64,000 bases of DNA, from NCBI GenBank assembly GCA_041660505.1, contig JBAZWG010000001.1:115979-179978 (forward strand). The letters run 5' to 3'. The position numbers were made by a program, and so were the translations under genes. Below the pieces are notes generated by a model. That model was not told where the DNA came from. It did no database searches and saw only the letters and a program-made list of their open reading frames with translations. Every line of letters begins with the position of its first letter. The first letter of the stretch is position 1. The stretch comes from Minisyncoccota bacterium. Its GTDB lineage: Bacteria; Patescibacteriota; Minisyncoccia; Phycocordibacterales; JACRKE01. Below are positions 56,382 through 64,000 of this stretch, piece after piece.

Positions 56382-57641
56382 ATGATTATTTTAGCTATCG
56401 AAACATCTTGCGATGATACTGCGATAAGCGTGGTTGAGGCCACGGGCGGTATTGACGCGCCTGATTTTAAAATACTTTGCTCTTTGGTATCATCGCAAAC
56501 TGCCTTGCACGCCGAGTGGGGCGGGGTCGTGCCGATGCTTGCCAAACGGGAGCATGAACGAAACCTGCCTCTTTTGTTAATTAGGGCTCTTGAAGAATTT
56601 GGACATGAGATGTCCAAGAATCAGACATCTCATGTCTTAGACCCCGAACTCAAAGCAGAAATAGAGAAGATTCTTGTACGAGAGCCTGATTTACTTAAGT
56701 CGGTTTTCGATTCTGTTGTTCAAATTCAGAGGCCGAAGATAGATGCTATCGCCGTGACTTATGGCCCAGGGCTGGAACCCGCGCTCTGGAGCGGGATAAA
56801 TTTTGCAAAAGTGCTTGGCTTACTCTGGGACGTGCCGGTCATCCCGACAAATCATATGGAGGGACATGTCGTTTCCGCCTTACTGGGCGGAAACGAATTT
56901 TCAAGTTCCAATTTTCAATTTCCAACATTGGCACTGCTTGTCTCTGGGGGCCACACAGAACTCGCGCAAATTAACAACTGGACCGATTATAAAATCCTGG
57001 CACAGACGCGCGATGATGCAGCGGGTGAGGCATTTGATAAAGTCGCGCGTATTTTAGGATTACCCTACCCCGGCGGCCCGGAGATTGCCAAACTTGCGTT
57101 ACAAGGTGTCGCCGATGATGAGGTGAAGCTCCCCCGACCGATGATACATTCGAAAGATTTAGATTTTTCTTTTTCCGGCCTTAAGACTGCAGTGCTGTAT
57201 TTAGTGCAAAAGATTAACCCCTCCCCGACCCTCCCCGAAGGAGAGGGAGAAAACACAGAAACTTCTGGTTTGAGTTCCCCCTCTCCTTCGGGGAGGGGGC
57301 AAGGGGGTGGGGCTGAATTATCTTTGCAAAAAAAAGCGAATATCGCGCGCGAGTTTCAGAATTCTGTCGCAGAGGTACTCGTGCATAAAGTTGATAAGGC
57401 ACTTGGCGCCCAGGGCGCCAAGTCATTCATCATGGGTGGCGGGGTGACAGCCAACGCGCACATCAGATCGGAGATTACGAAAATGCTCGAGTCTAAGTAT
57501 CCTGACATGAGAATTTTCATCCCCGATAAAAAATATACGACCGACAACGCAGCAATGATAGCCGGTGCCGCCTACTTCCGGATCATCACAAAAACCGTGC
57601 CGAAACTGGAAAAAGCTGAAGGCAATTTGAAGTGGGAGTAG
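56382..57641 (+). CDS. tsaD: tRNA t6A synthesis protein TsaD
   Basis: ILAIETSCDDT, GPGL, NHMEGH, LVSGGHT, DDAAGEAFDK, FSFSGLKT, TDNAAMI. Confidence 0.97.
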   Translation: MIILAIETSCDDTAISVVEATGGIDAPDFKILCSLVSSQTALHAEWGGVVPMLAKREHERNLPLLLIRALEEFGHEMSKNQTSHVLDPELKAEIEKILVREPDLLKSVFDSVVQIQRPKIDAIAVTYGPGLEPALWSGINFAKVLGLLWDVPVIPTNHMEGHVVSALLGGNEFSSSNFQFPTLALLVSGGHTELAQINNWTDYKILAQTRDDAAGEAFDKVARILGLPYPGGPEIAKLALQGVADDEVKLPRPMIHSKDLDFSFSGLKTAVLYLVQKINPSPTLPEGEGENTETSGLSSPSPSGRGQGGGAELSLQKKANIAREFQNSVAEVLVHKVDKALGAQGAKSFIMGGGVTANAHIRSEITKMLESKYPDMRIFIPDKKYTTDNAAMIAGAAYFRIITKTVPKLEKAEGNLKWE

Positions 57642-57663
57642 CCTTCTGATACTATAGGAAGAT

Positions 57664-59889
57664 ATGGATATAAACGACAAATTGCTCAAGCCTTACGACC
57701 CCAAAGAGACCGAGGGACGGATTTATAAAAAATGGGAAGATTCTGGATTTTTTAATCCGGATGTTTGCGTGAAAAAAGGCGTAACCAAGCCCGATGCCGA
57801 AGTATTCAATATAGTTCTCCCCCCGCCGAACGTAACCGGTATATTACACATGGGTAGTGCACTCATGCTCGTTATCGAGGATATTCTTATCCGCCAAGCA
57901 CGTATGGCAGGCAAGCGGACGCTTTGGCTCCCCGGCACAGACTCGGCAGCCATCGCCACGCAGTCAAAAGTCGAGAAAGATATTCAGAAGAAAGAAGGAA
58001 AAAGTCGTTATGACCTTGGACGTGAGGAACTTCTAAAAAGAATTGATGTCTTCGTAGAAGAAAGTAAAACAACAATTCTGGCACAGATGCGCGCAGCAGG
58101 AGCGTCGCTCGATTGGAGTCGGTATGCCTACACAATGGACGAGAAGCGCTACAACGCGGTGATGGAGGCGTTCGTACGCATGTACAACGCCGGACTTATT
58201 TATCGCGGTAATAGAATCGTGATCTGGGACCCAAAGGGTCAAACAACTATTTCCGACGACGAGATAGTGTACAAAGAAGAAAAAACTAAATTTTACTATT
58301 TGAAGTACGGGCCATTTACAATCGGTACCACCCGCCCAGAAACAAAGTTCGGCGATAAGTATGTCGTAATGCATCCGGATGACAAGCGATATAAAGAATA
58401 TGAAGACGGACAAAAAATAGACCTTGAGTGGATTAACGGCCCGATTACCGCGACCATTGTTAAAGACGACAAGATGGACATGGAATTCGGCAGCGGTGTC
58501 ATGACGATTACCCCGGCGCACTCTGTCGTAGACTTCGAGATGGCCGAGCGGCACAAGCTTGATTACGAGCAGATTATTGATCTTAAGGGTATTCTTTTGC
58601 CTGTTGCCGGAGAATTCGCCGGTCAACATATAAAGAAAGCGCGTGAGGCAATTATTGAGAAGCTGCAAAAGAAGGGTCTTGTTGAAAAGATCGATGAAAA
58701 TTATGTTCATAATATTGCCACCGCCGAACGCACAGACGGTATCGTTGAGCCGCAAATAATGTTGCAGTGGTTCATTGATGTTGATAAAAAGTTCAAAATT
58801 CCCTATTCAGAAATCCCTGGTATCGCGACAGGCACAGAAACAACACTCAAAGAAATTATGCGCCGTGCGGTGGACTCCGGCGATGTAAAGATAACACCGA
58901 ATAACTTCGAAAATGTTTACTATAACTGGATAAATAATCTGCGCCCGTGGTGCATTAGCCGGCAAATTTGGTTCGGCCACAGAATACCCGTATGGTATAA
59001 AGGAAGCGAAATCTATTGCGACAAAGAAGCACCAAAAGAATCTGGCCCCTCCTCGTCGGCGGGCAAGTGGGAACAAGATCCGGATGTTTTAGACACATGG
59101 TTTTCTTCGGCACTTTGGACATTCTCAACACTTGGCTGGCCGGATAATACTGTTGATTTGAAAATGTATCACCCGACGTCAGTATTAGAAACGGGTTACG
59201 ACATTATTTTCTTCTGGGTTGCGCGCATGATACTCGCGAGCGGATTCTTGCTCGGCCAAGTACCGTTTAAGAACGTTTATTTACACGGCTTGGTGCGCGA
59301 CGGGCAGGGGCGCAAAATATCGAAGTCTCTTGGCAATAACATCGACCCAATGGAGATGGCGGCCAAGTACGGCATGGACGCGGTGCGCATGTCGCTTATT
59401 GTCGGCACAAGCATGGGTGCCGACAGCAGAATATCGGAAGATAAAATAAAAGCTTATAAACACTTTTCCAATAAGCTCTGGAATATCACGAGATTCGTTA
59501 CCAGTTCCCAAAAAGACGATGATGAGAGAGTGGCGCCGAAGGCCAGTACTCGCGATACAGAAATTCTTGCAGAATTTAACAAACTTATTGCTGAAATCAC
59601 GGCCTGTATGGACCGCGGGCAATTCCATCTTGCGGCCGAAACTCTCTATGCTTACGTCTGGCACACGTTCGCCGATAAAATTATCGAAGAGTCTAAAGAA
59701 ATCTTGGCGGGTGATGCCACAGCAGATGCCGGCGTACGCGAAAGCCGACGGCAATTACTCATGCACATACTCGAAACGTCGCTCAAACTTCTCCACCCGT
59801 TTATGCCCTTTGTGACAGAAGAACTCTGGGGTATAATTGAACCGAATGAGCAGATGCTCATGGTTCAAAAATGGCCGACTCAACGCTAA
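57664..59889 (+). CDS. valS: Valine--tRNA ligase (short form, no C-terminal coiled coil)
   Basis: PPPNVTGILHMG, WCISRQIWFGH, DVLDTWFSS, DIIFFWV, KISKS. Confidence 0.96.
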   Translation: MDINDKLLKPYDPKETEGRIYKKWEDSGFFNPDVCVKKGVTKPDAEVFNIVLPPPNVTGILHMGSALMLVIEDILIRQARMAGKRTLWLPGTDSAAIATQSKVEKDIQKKEGKSRYDLGREELLKRIDVFVEESKTTILAQMRAAGASLDWSRYAYTMDEKRYNAVMEAFVRMYNAGLIYRGNRIVIWDPKGQTTISDDEIVYKEEKTKFYYLKYGPFTIGTTRPETKFGDKYVVMHPDDKRYKEYEDGQKIDLEWINGPITATIVKDDKMDMEFGSGVMTITPAHSVVDFEMAERHKLDYEQIIDLKGILLPVAGEFAGQHIKKAREAIIEKLQKKGLVEKIDENYVHNIATAERTDGIVEPQIMLQWFIDVDKKFKIPYSEIPGIATGTETTLKEIMRRAVDSGDVKITPNNFENVYYNWINNLRPWCISRQIWFGHRIPVWYKGSEIYCDKEAPKESGPSSSAGKWEQDPDVLDTWFSSALWTFSTLGWPDNTVDLKMYHPTSVLETGYDIIFFWVARMILASGFLLGQVPFKNVYLHGLVRDGQGRKISKSLGNNIDPMEMAAKYGMDAVRMSLIVGTSMGADSRISEDKIKAYKHFSNKLWNITRFVTSSQKDDDERVAPKASTRDTEILAEFNKLIAEITACMDRGQFHLAAETLYAYVWHTFADKIIEESKEILAGDATADAGVRESRRQLLMHILETSLKLLHPFMPFVTEELWGIIEPNEQMLMVQKWPTQR

Positions 59890-60605
59890 ACATTTTTCTC
59901 ATTTCACTTCTTGCCGGCATCTTGCCACCTCTTTTGTGGCTTTTACTCTTTTGGCTTCGTGAAGACAAGGCCCAGCCCGAGCCAAAGAAGACAATCGCGC
60001 TTGTCTTCGTACTCGGAATGCTCTCCATCTTCCCCGCCGAGGTGCTGGCCCAGTTCGTGGCAGACCACCTGCCGGCGGGAACGTTCATTCTTATTGCCAC
60101 GCAAGCATTCGTAGAAGAATTAGTTAAATTCTTTGCCGCTTTCATGGGCGCAATGTGGCACAACAAAGCCTTCGACGAGCCCATTGATGCCATGGTATAT
60201 CTCATCACCGCGGCCATCGGATTCTCGGCACTCGAAAATGCGCTCTTTATGTTCAGCACGGTCAAAGCCGGCGGGATTCTCGTAGGGATTGCATCCAACG
60301 CAATGCGCTTCATTGGCGCAACAATGTTGCACACGCTTTCTTCTGCGACGCTCGGTGCATTCATCGGCTTCGCATTCTATAGAAGCAAATTTATAAAAGA
60401 TAAACGCCTCGTCTTCGGACTTATCCTCGCCACGATGTTGCATACGCTCTACAATGAGCTTATACTAATGAATGTAAATAATTCCGGTTCGCATTATTTG
60501 GCGGTCTTCGGCATGATGTGGGTCGGTATTATCGTCATTCTGTTTTTCTTCGAGAAGATAAAAAGTATTTTTGTAAACAAAAAAGAGATTAACTTGATTA
60601 ACTAA
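59871..60605 (+). CDS. PrsW family intramembrane metalloprotease
   Basis: EDKAQPEP, VEELVK, DEPID, GFSALEN, LHTLYN. Confidence 0.9.
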   Translation: MADSTLNIFLISLLAGILPPLLWLLLFWLREDKAQPEPKKTIALVFVLGMLSIFPAEVLAQFVADHLPAGTFILIATQAFVEELVKFFAAFMGAMWHNKAFDEPIDAMVYLITAAIGFSALENALFMFSTVKAGGILVGIASNAMRFIGATMLHTLSSATLGAFIGFAFYRSKFIKDKRLVFGLILATMLHTLYNELILMNVNNSGSHYLAVFGMMWVGIIVILFFFEKIKSIFVNKKEINLIN

Positions 60606-60620
60606 TTTAATAATCAACAG

Positions 60621-61076
60621 ATGACACACAAAAACAAGCGATCATTCTTTGAGAGGCTAACCGGCGCCAAGAAAAATGATTGGGACGATGTAGACAATCG
60701 TCCTCTGACCGAAACGGGCACTTCTGCCGGCGCAGATGATGAGACCGAGGGCCAGCTTGCCGTGGATGTGCATCAAGACGAGAGCGAGATAATAGTTCGC
60801 GCCTTTATTGCCGGGGTAAAGCCCGAGAATCTGGATATTGTCATCACTCGCGAGATGGTTACCGTGAAGGGCAAGCGCGAACGTCCGGAAGAGATCAGCA
60901 ATAAAGATTATTTCATTCAGGAGCTCTATTGGGGCTCATTCGCGCGTACTATTATGCTTCCTCAAGAAATAGATGCTGACGGCGCAGAGGCGGTGGAGCG
61001 CCACGGCCTCCTCACCATCCGCCTGCCCAAGCTAGATAAACACAAGACCAAGAGCGTCCGAGTGAAAAGTATTTAG
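60621..61076 (+). CDS. Hsp20/alpha-crystallin family protein
   Basis: GQLAVDV, ELYWGSFARTIMLP, GLLTIRLPK. Confidence 0.93.
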   Translation: MTHKNKRSFFERLTGAKKNDWDDVDNRPLTETGTSAGADDETEGQLAVDVHQDESEIIVRAFIAGVKPENLDIVITREMVTVKGKRERPEEISNKDYFIQELYWGSFARTIMLPQEIDADGAEAVERHGLLTIRLPKLDKHKTKSVRVKSI

Positions 61077-61119
61077 CTCTGGAAAGTTGATATAAGAAAT
61101 GATATACTAGCACCCAATT

Positions 61120-61192
61120 GCTGGGATAGCTCAGTTGGTAGAGCGCTACTCTGAAGAAGTAGATGTCCCCAGTTCGAACCTGGGTCCCAGCA
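61120..61192 (+). tRNA. tRNA-Phe(GAA)
   Basis: Anticodon arm CTACT-CTGAAGA-AGTAG. Confidence 0.93.
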
Positions 61193-61208
61193 CAAATATC
61201 CACGATAA

Positions 61209-61463
61209 TTATCGCCCGAATTGGCCGAGATTGCCTAGCTGGCCGATTTGGCTTTGGACTTGCGAATAAAGCTTGATCGCCTGATTGAGATAAGGCTGGA
61301 CATAGTAATACCCCGCCGCGAGACCGCCGAGTATAAGGACCCAGTACATGATTCTGAACACCATTGACCAACGATTAGACCGGCGCATGGCGTGAAGAAT
61401 CTTATTATTATCCCGCGCAAGCTCGGCTGTCTCTTGAAGCAATTTTTTTTCTTCTGGTGTCAT
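61209..61463 (-). CDS. Small single-TM conserved hypothetical protein
   Basis: MTPEEKKLL..DNNKILHAMRR..YYYVQPYL. Confidence 0.7.
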   Translation of the reverse strand: MTPEEKKLLQETAELARDNNKILHAMRRSNRWSMVFRIMYWVLILGGLAAGYYYVQPYLNQAIKLYSQVQSQIGQLGNLGQFGR

Positions 61464-61569
61464 ATTGGTAGTATAGCAAAGTATTAGGAAAAAGTTATCC
61501 ACGCCTGTTTTTAGTCTCTAGATGCATCCAAGGTGTATACTTATAGTACAGAATTAATTAACAAAACGT

Positions 61570-63114
61570 ATGAAGTTTAAAAAGAGTTCACTAATAATTG
61601 CGGGAGTATTTTCTTTAGCAGTTGGTGGTATGGGTGTAAGTGTTGTGCTTGCTGCAACGACCATTAATCTTGGTAGCGCTAATACATACGCGGTGCTTGG
61701 TGGTTCGGCTATTACCAATACGGGCGCCAGTGTTATTAACGGCGACCTGGGTTTGAGCCCGGGTTCTGCGGTCACAGGCATCCCACCGGCGACGTTGAAC
61801 GGCACGCAACATATAGGTGACGCAGGAGCAGTCCAAGCAGAATCAGATCTGACGACGGCGTACAATGCCGCAGCAGGACAATCAACGCTTTCCACTATCT
61901 CCACAGAGCTCGGTGGCTCGACAAAAACCGCCGGTGTCTATGATTCTGCGGCGGGGACCTTTGGTATCACCGGCACGTTGACCCTCGATGCGCAGGGTGA
62001 CCCCAATGCTGTCTTTATATTCAAAACAGCTTCAACGCTAATAACTGCCGGTGCCAGCAACGTGGTGCTCGCTAACGGCGCCCAGGCCTGTAATGTCTTT
62101 TGGCAAGTGGGCAGTTCAGCGACGCTCGGGACAAACTCGACATTCAAAGGCAATATCCTTGCCTTGCAATCTGCGACGTTGACGACCGGGGCGAATGTCG
62201 AAGGTCGCGTGCTCGCACGGAACGGAGCCGTCACTCTGGACTCGAACATGATAACCAAAGCAACTTGTGCGGTTGTGCCACCTGCGGTAGTAATACCACC
62301 ACCTGCCTCTACCCCTGTAGTTGTTGCTCCATTGATGCCGCCGCTTATCAGCGTTAAAAAAGTCCCCTCGCTGGTTGCAACATTACCCGCTGGTGGCGGG
62401 ACTGTTGCCTTCGATTATGCAGTCTCGAATGTCGGCACAGTCGCCATGAGCAACATCACGATCAACGACGATAAGTGTTCCCCTGTAACGTTCATTTCGG
62501 GCGATACGAACGGAGATTTAAAATTGGACGTAACAGAAACATGGAACTATCGTTGTACCCAGAACATCACGCAGACCACGACCAACAGCGTCGTCGTGAC
62601 CGGCCAAGCGAACGGCTTCACCGCCACCGACAGTGCGAATGCGATCGTCAACGTTGGCGTTGCAACACAGGCGCCTTTAATCCATCTTATAAAAACGCCT
62701 AATCTATTTGTACTGCCAAGGAGTGGGCCGGTGACATACACCTATACGGTAACTAACCCCGGCACAGTTCCTCTAAATAATGTAAGTGTGGTTGATGATA
62801 AGTGTAGCCCGGTCTCCGGCTATACTGGTGACGTTAATAACGACAATTTGCTTGATCTGTCGGAAACCTGGGCATATTCCTGCCAGATGAATTTAACGTC
62901 CAACACAGTAAACACCGCGACGGCAGAAGGTAGCGCCAGTGGTCTCACCGCGATCGATTACGCACTTGCAACAGTCCTCGTCACTCCCCCTACGTTGCCA
63001 AAATCAGGATTTGGACCAGACTATACCACCGCTTCAGAAAGCTTATTCATTACGGCCGGAGTTTTTGCGACAATACTAACCCTCTTTGCAATTCGAAAGA
63101 AGCAAGTTATTTGA
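61570..63114 (+). CDS. Ice-binding-like (DUF3494) surface protein with two Ig-like repeats and a sortase signal
   Basis: YAVLGGSAITNTG, GTLTLDAQGDPNAVFIF, NVFWQVGSSATLG, GRVLARNGAVTLD; LPKSG-TM-RKK tail. Confidence 0.88.
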   Translation: MKFKKSSLIIAGVFSLAVGGMGVSVVLAATTINLGSANTYAVLGGSAITNTGASVINGDLGLSPGSAVTGIPPATLNGTQHIGDAGAVQAESDLTTAYNAAAGQSTLSTISTELGGSTKTAGVYDSAAGTFGITGTLTLDAQGDPNAVFIFKTASTLITAGASNVVLANGAQACNVFWQVGSSATLGTNSTFKGNILALQSATLTTGANVEGRVLARNGAVTLDSNMITKATCAVVPPAVVIPPPASTPVVVAPLMPPLISVKKVPSLVATLPAGGGTVAFDYAVSNVGTVAMSNITINDDKCSPVTFISGDTNGDLKLDVTETWNYRCTQNITQTTTNSVVVTGQANGFTATDSANAIVNVGVATQAPLIHLIKTPNLFVLPRSGPVTYTYTVTNPGTVPLNNVSVVDDKCSPVSGYTGDVNNDNLLDLSETWAYSCQMNLTSNTVNTATAEGSASGLTAIDYALATVLVTPPTLPKSGFGPDYTTASESLFITAGVFATILTLFAIRKKQVI

Positions 63115-63117
63115 TTC

Positions 63118-63720
63118 ATGCTACGATGGAAGCTTTTTAGAGCGGGGATGCTGGGAATCGCCGGTGTCTTTATAACTATTCTCTGCGTAGATATAAGTCT
63201 AATCGTACAAACCACCGACGCTAAGATGGTTGCGTCGGTCAGTGTTCTGCCTGCAATACCCGCAGAACAGCCAGATACCGGGATTCCAGTTCGTCTACAG
63301 ATTCCTGCGATACATATTGATGCGCCTATTATAAGTGTAGGATTAAGTTCCGATGGAACAATGGAGATGCCGAAGGGTCCCACTGATGCAGCATGGTTTG
63401 ATATTGGTCCGCGTCCGGGAGAGAAAGGCAGCGCAGTAATCTCGGGGCATTATGGGTGGAAGGACGGCGTAGCCGCCTTATTTGACAATTTACACATGCT
63501 TAAGAAGGGGGATGTCATATACGTCGAAAACGAACAAGGGGTGACTAACAATTTTATCGTCCGCGAACTCCGAACCTACGGCGAAAATGATGATTCTTCA
63601 GACGTGTTCGGTTCAAATGATACAAAGGCTCATCTGAATCTCATAACCTGCGAAGGAACATGGAACAAGGCGAAGAAAAGTTATTCCGACCGTCTAATCG
63701 TCTTTACCGACAAAAAATAG
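63118..63720 (+). CDS. Class F sortase
   Basis: PVRLQIPAI, PRPGEKGSAVISGH, LNLITC, DRLIVF. Confidence 0.92.
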   Translation: MLRWKLFRAGMLGIAGVFITILCVDISLIVQTTDAKMVASVSVLPAIPAEQPDTGIPVRLQIPAIHIDAPIISVGLSSDGTMEMPKGPTDAAWFDIGPRPGEKGSAVISGHYGWKDGVAALFDNLHMLKKGDVIYVENEQGVTNNFIVRELRTYGENDDSSDVFGSNDTKAHLNLITCEGTWNKAKKSYSDRLIVFTDKK

Positions 63721-63792
63721 TGCCCCCGGGTGGAATTGAACCATCAACTACCCCTTAGGACGGGGCTGTTATATCCGTTTAACTACGGGGGC
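63721..63792 (-). tRNA. tRNA-Arg(CCT)
   Basis: GCCCCCG/CGGGGGC acceptor, GCCCC-GTCCTAA-GGGGT anticodon arm. Confidence 0.88.
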
Positions 63793-64000
63793 TCGCAAGC
63801 CCTACTATAGCATCTCTCGAGTCTTCGGGCGAGACTTTGTTCGGACGTTCATGAGCACACTTTTTGCAGCGTAATACGATACGTTCTTCGCCTACGAGAT
63901 TCTCGTACCCTATCGGTTCCATCATACCGCCGCAATCTGATGCGCGATCGCCCGGGTCTATGTCTACATGCTTGCTCCAGAGACATTTGGAGCAGTGATT
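63779..64000 (-). CDS. RNHCP domain protein (3' part; start outside window)
   Basis: Manual translation NHCSKCLWSKHVDIDPGDRASDCGGMMEP..RCKKC. Confidence 0.85.
   Translation of the reverse strand, partial: NHCSKCLWSKHVDIDPGDRASDCGGMMEPIGYENLVGEERIVLRCKKCAHERPNKVSPEDSRDAIVGLASPRS

Overview
Chromosomal window from a Patescibacteria (CPR, Parcubacteria-like) genome read in standard code 11. The lineage is inferred from the short IF2 and ValRS, a VirB2/TrbC-like pilin array, CPR-type Cys-rich and Ig-like surface proteins, and dense gene packing. The backbone is housekeeping (parB, miaA, xseAB, rpmG, clpB, infB, rbfA, argS, typA, gyrA, rpsA, pth, lepB, hisS, ftsAZ, murJ, tsaD, valS) with 13 intact tRNA genes. 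Four things stand out. (1) At 13841-14317 a tRNA-Cys gene is split at its anticodon stem; the halves enclose a small GIY-YIG nuclease gene and a second, intact tRNA-Cys, and each half carries a homologous 31-33 nt GTC...GAC double-hairpin insert. (2) A REP-associated tyrosine transposase (RAYT) is flanked by 27-bp inverted repeats belonging to a window-wide AGG-N5-CCT palindrome family that forms doublets, brackets single genes and sits in frame inside proteins. (3) Next to the RAYT is a probable remote diversity-generating retroelement (DGR) target gene with an internal in-frame TAG. (4) Further repeat families are translated as loops inside housekeeping enzymes. Coordinates were read by eye, and family assignments come from recognised motifs, not database searches.
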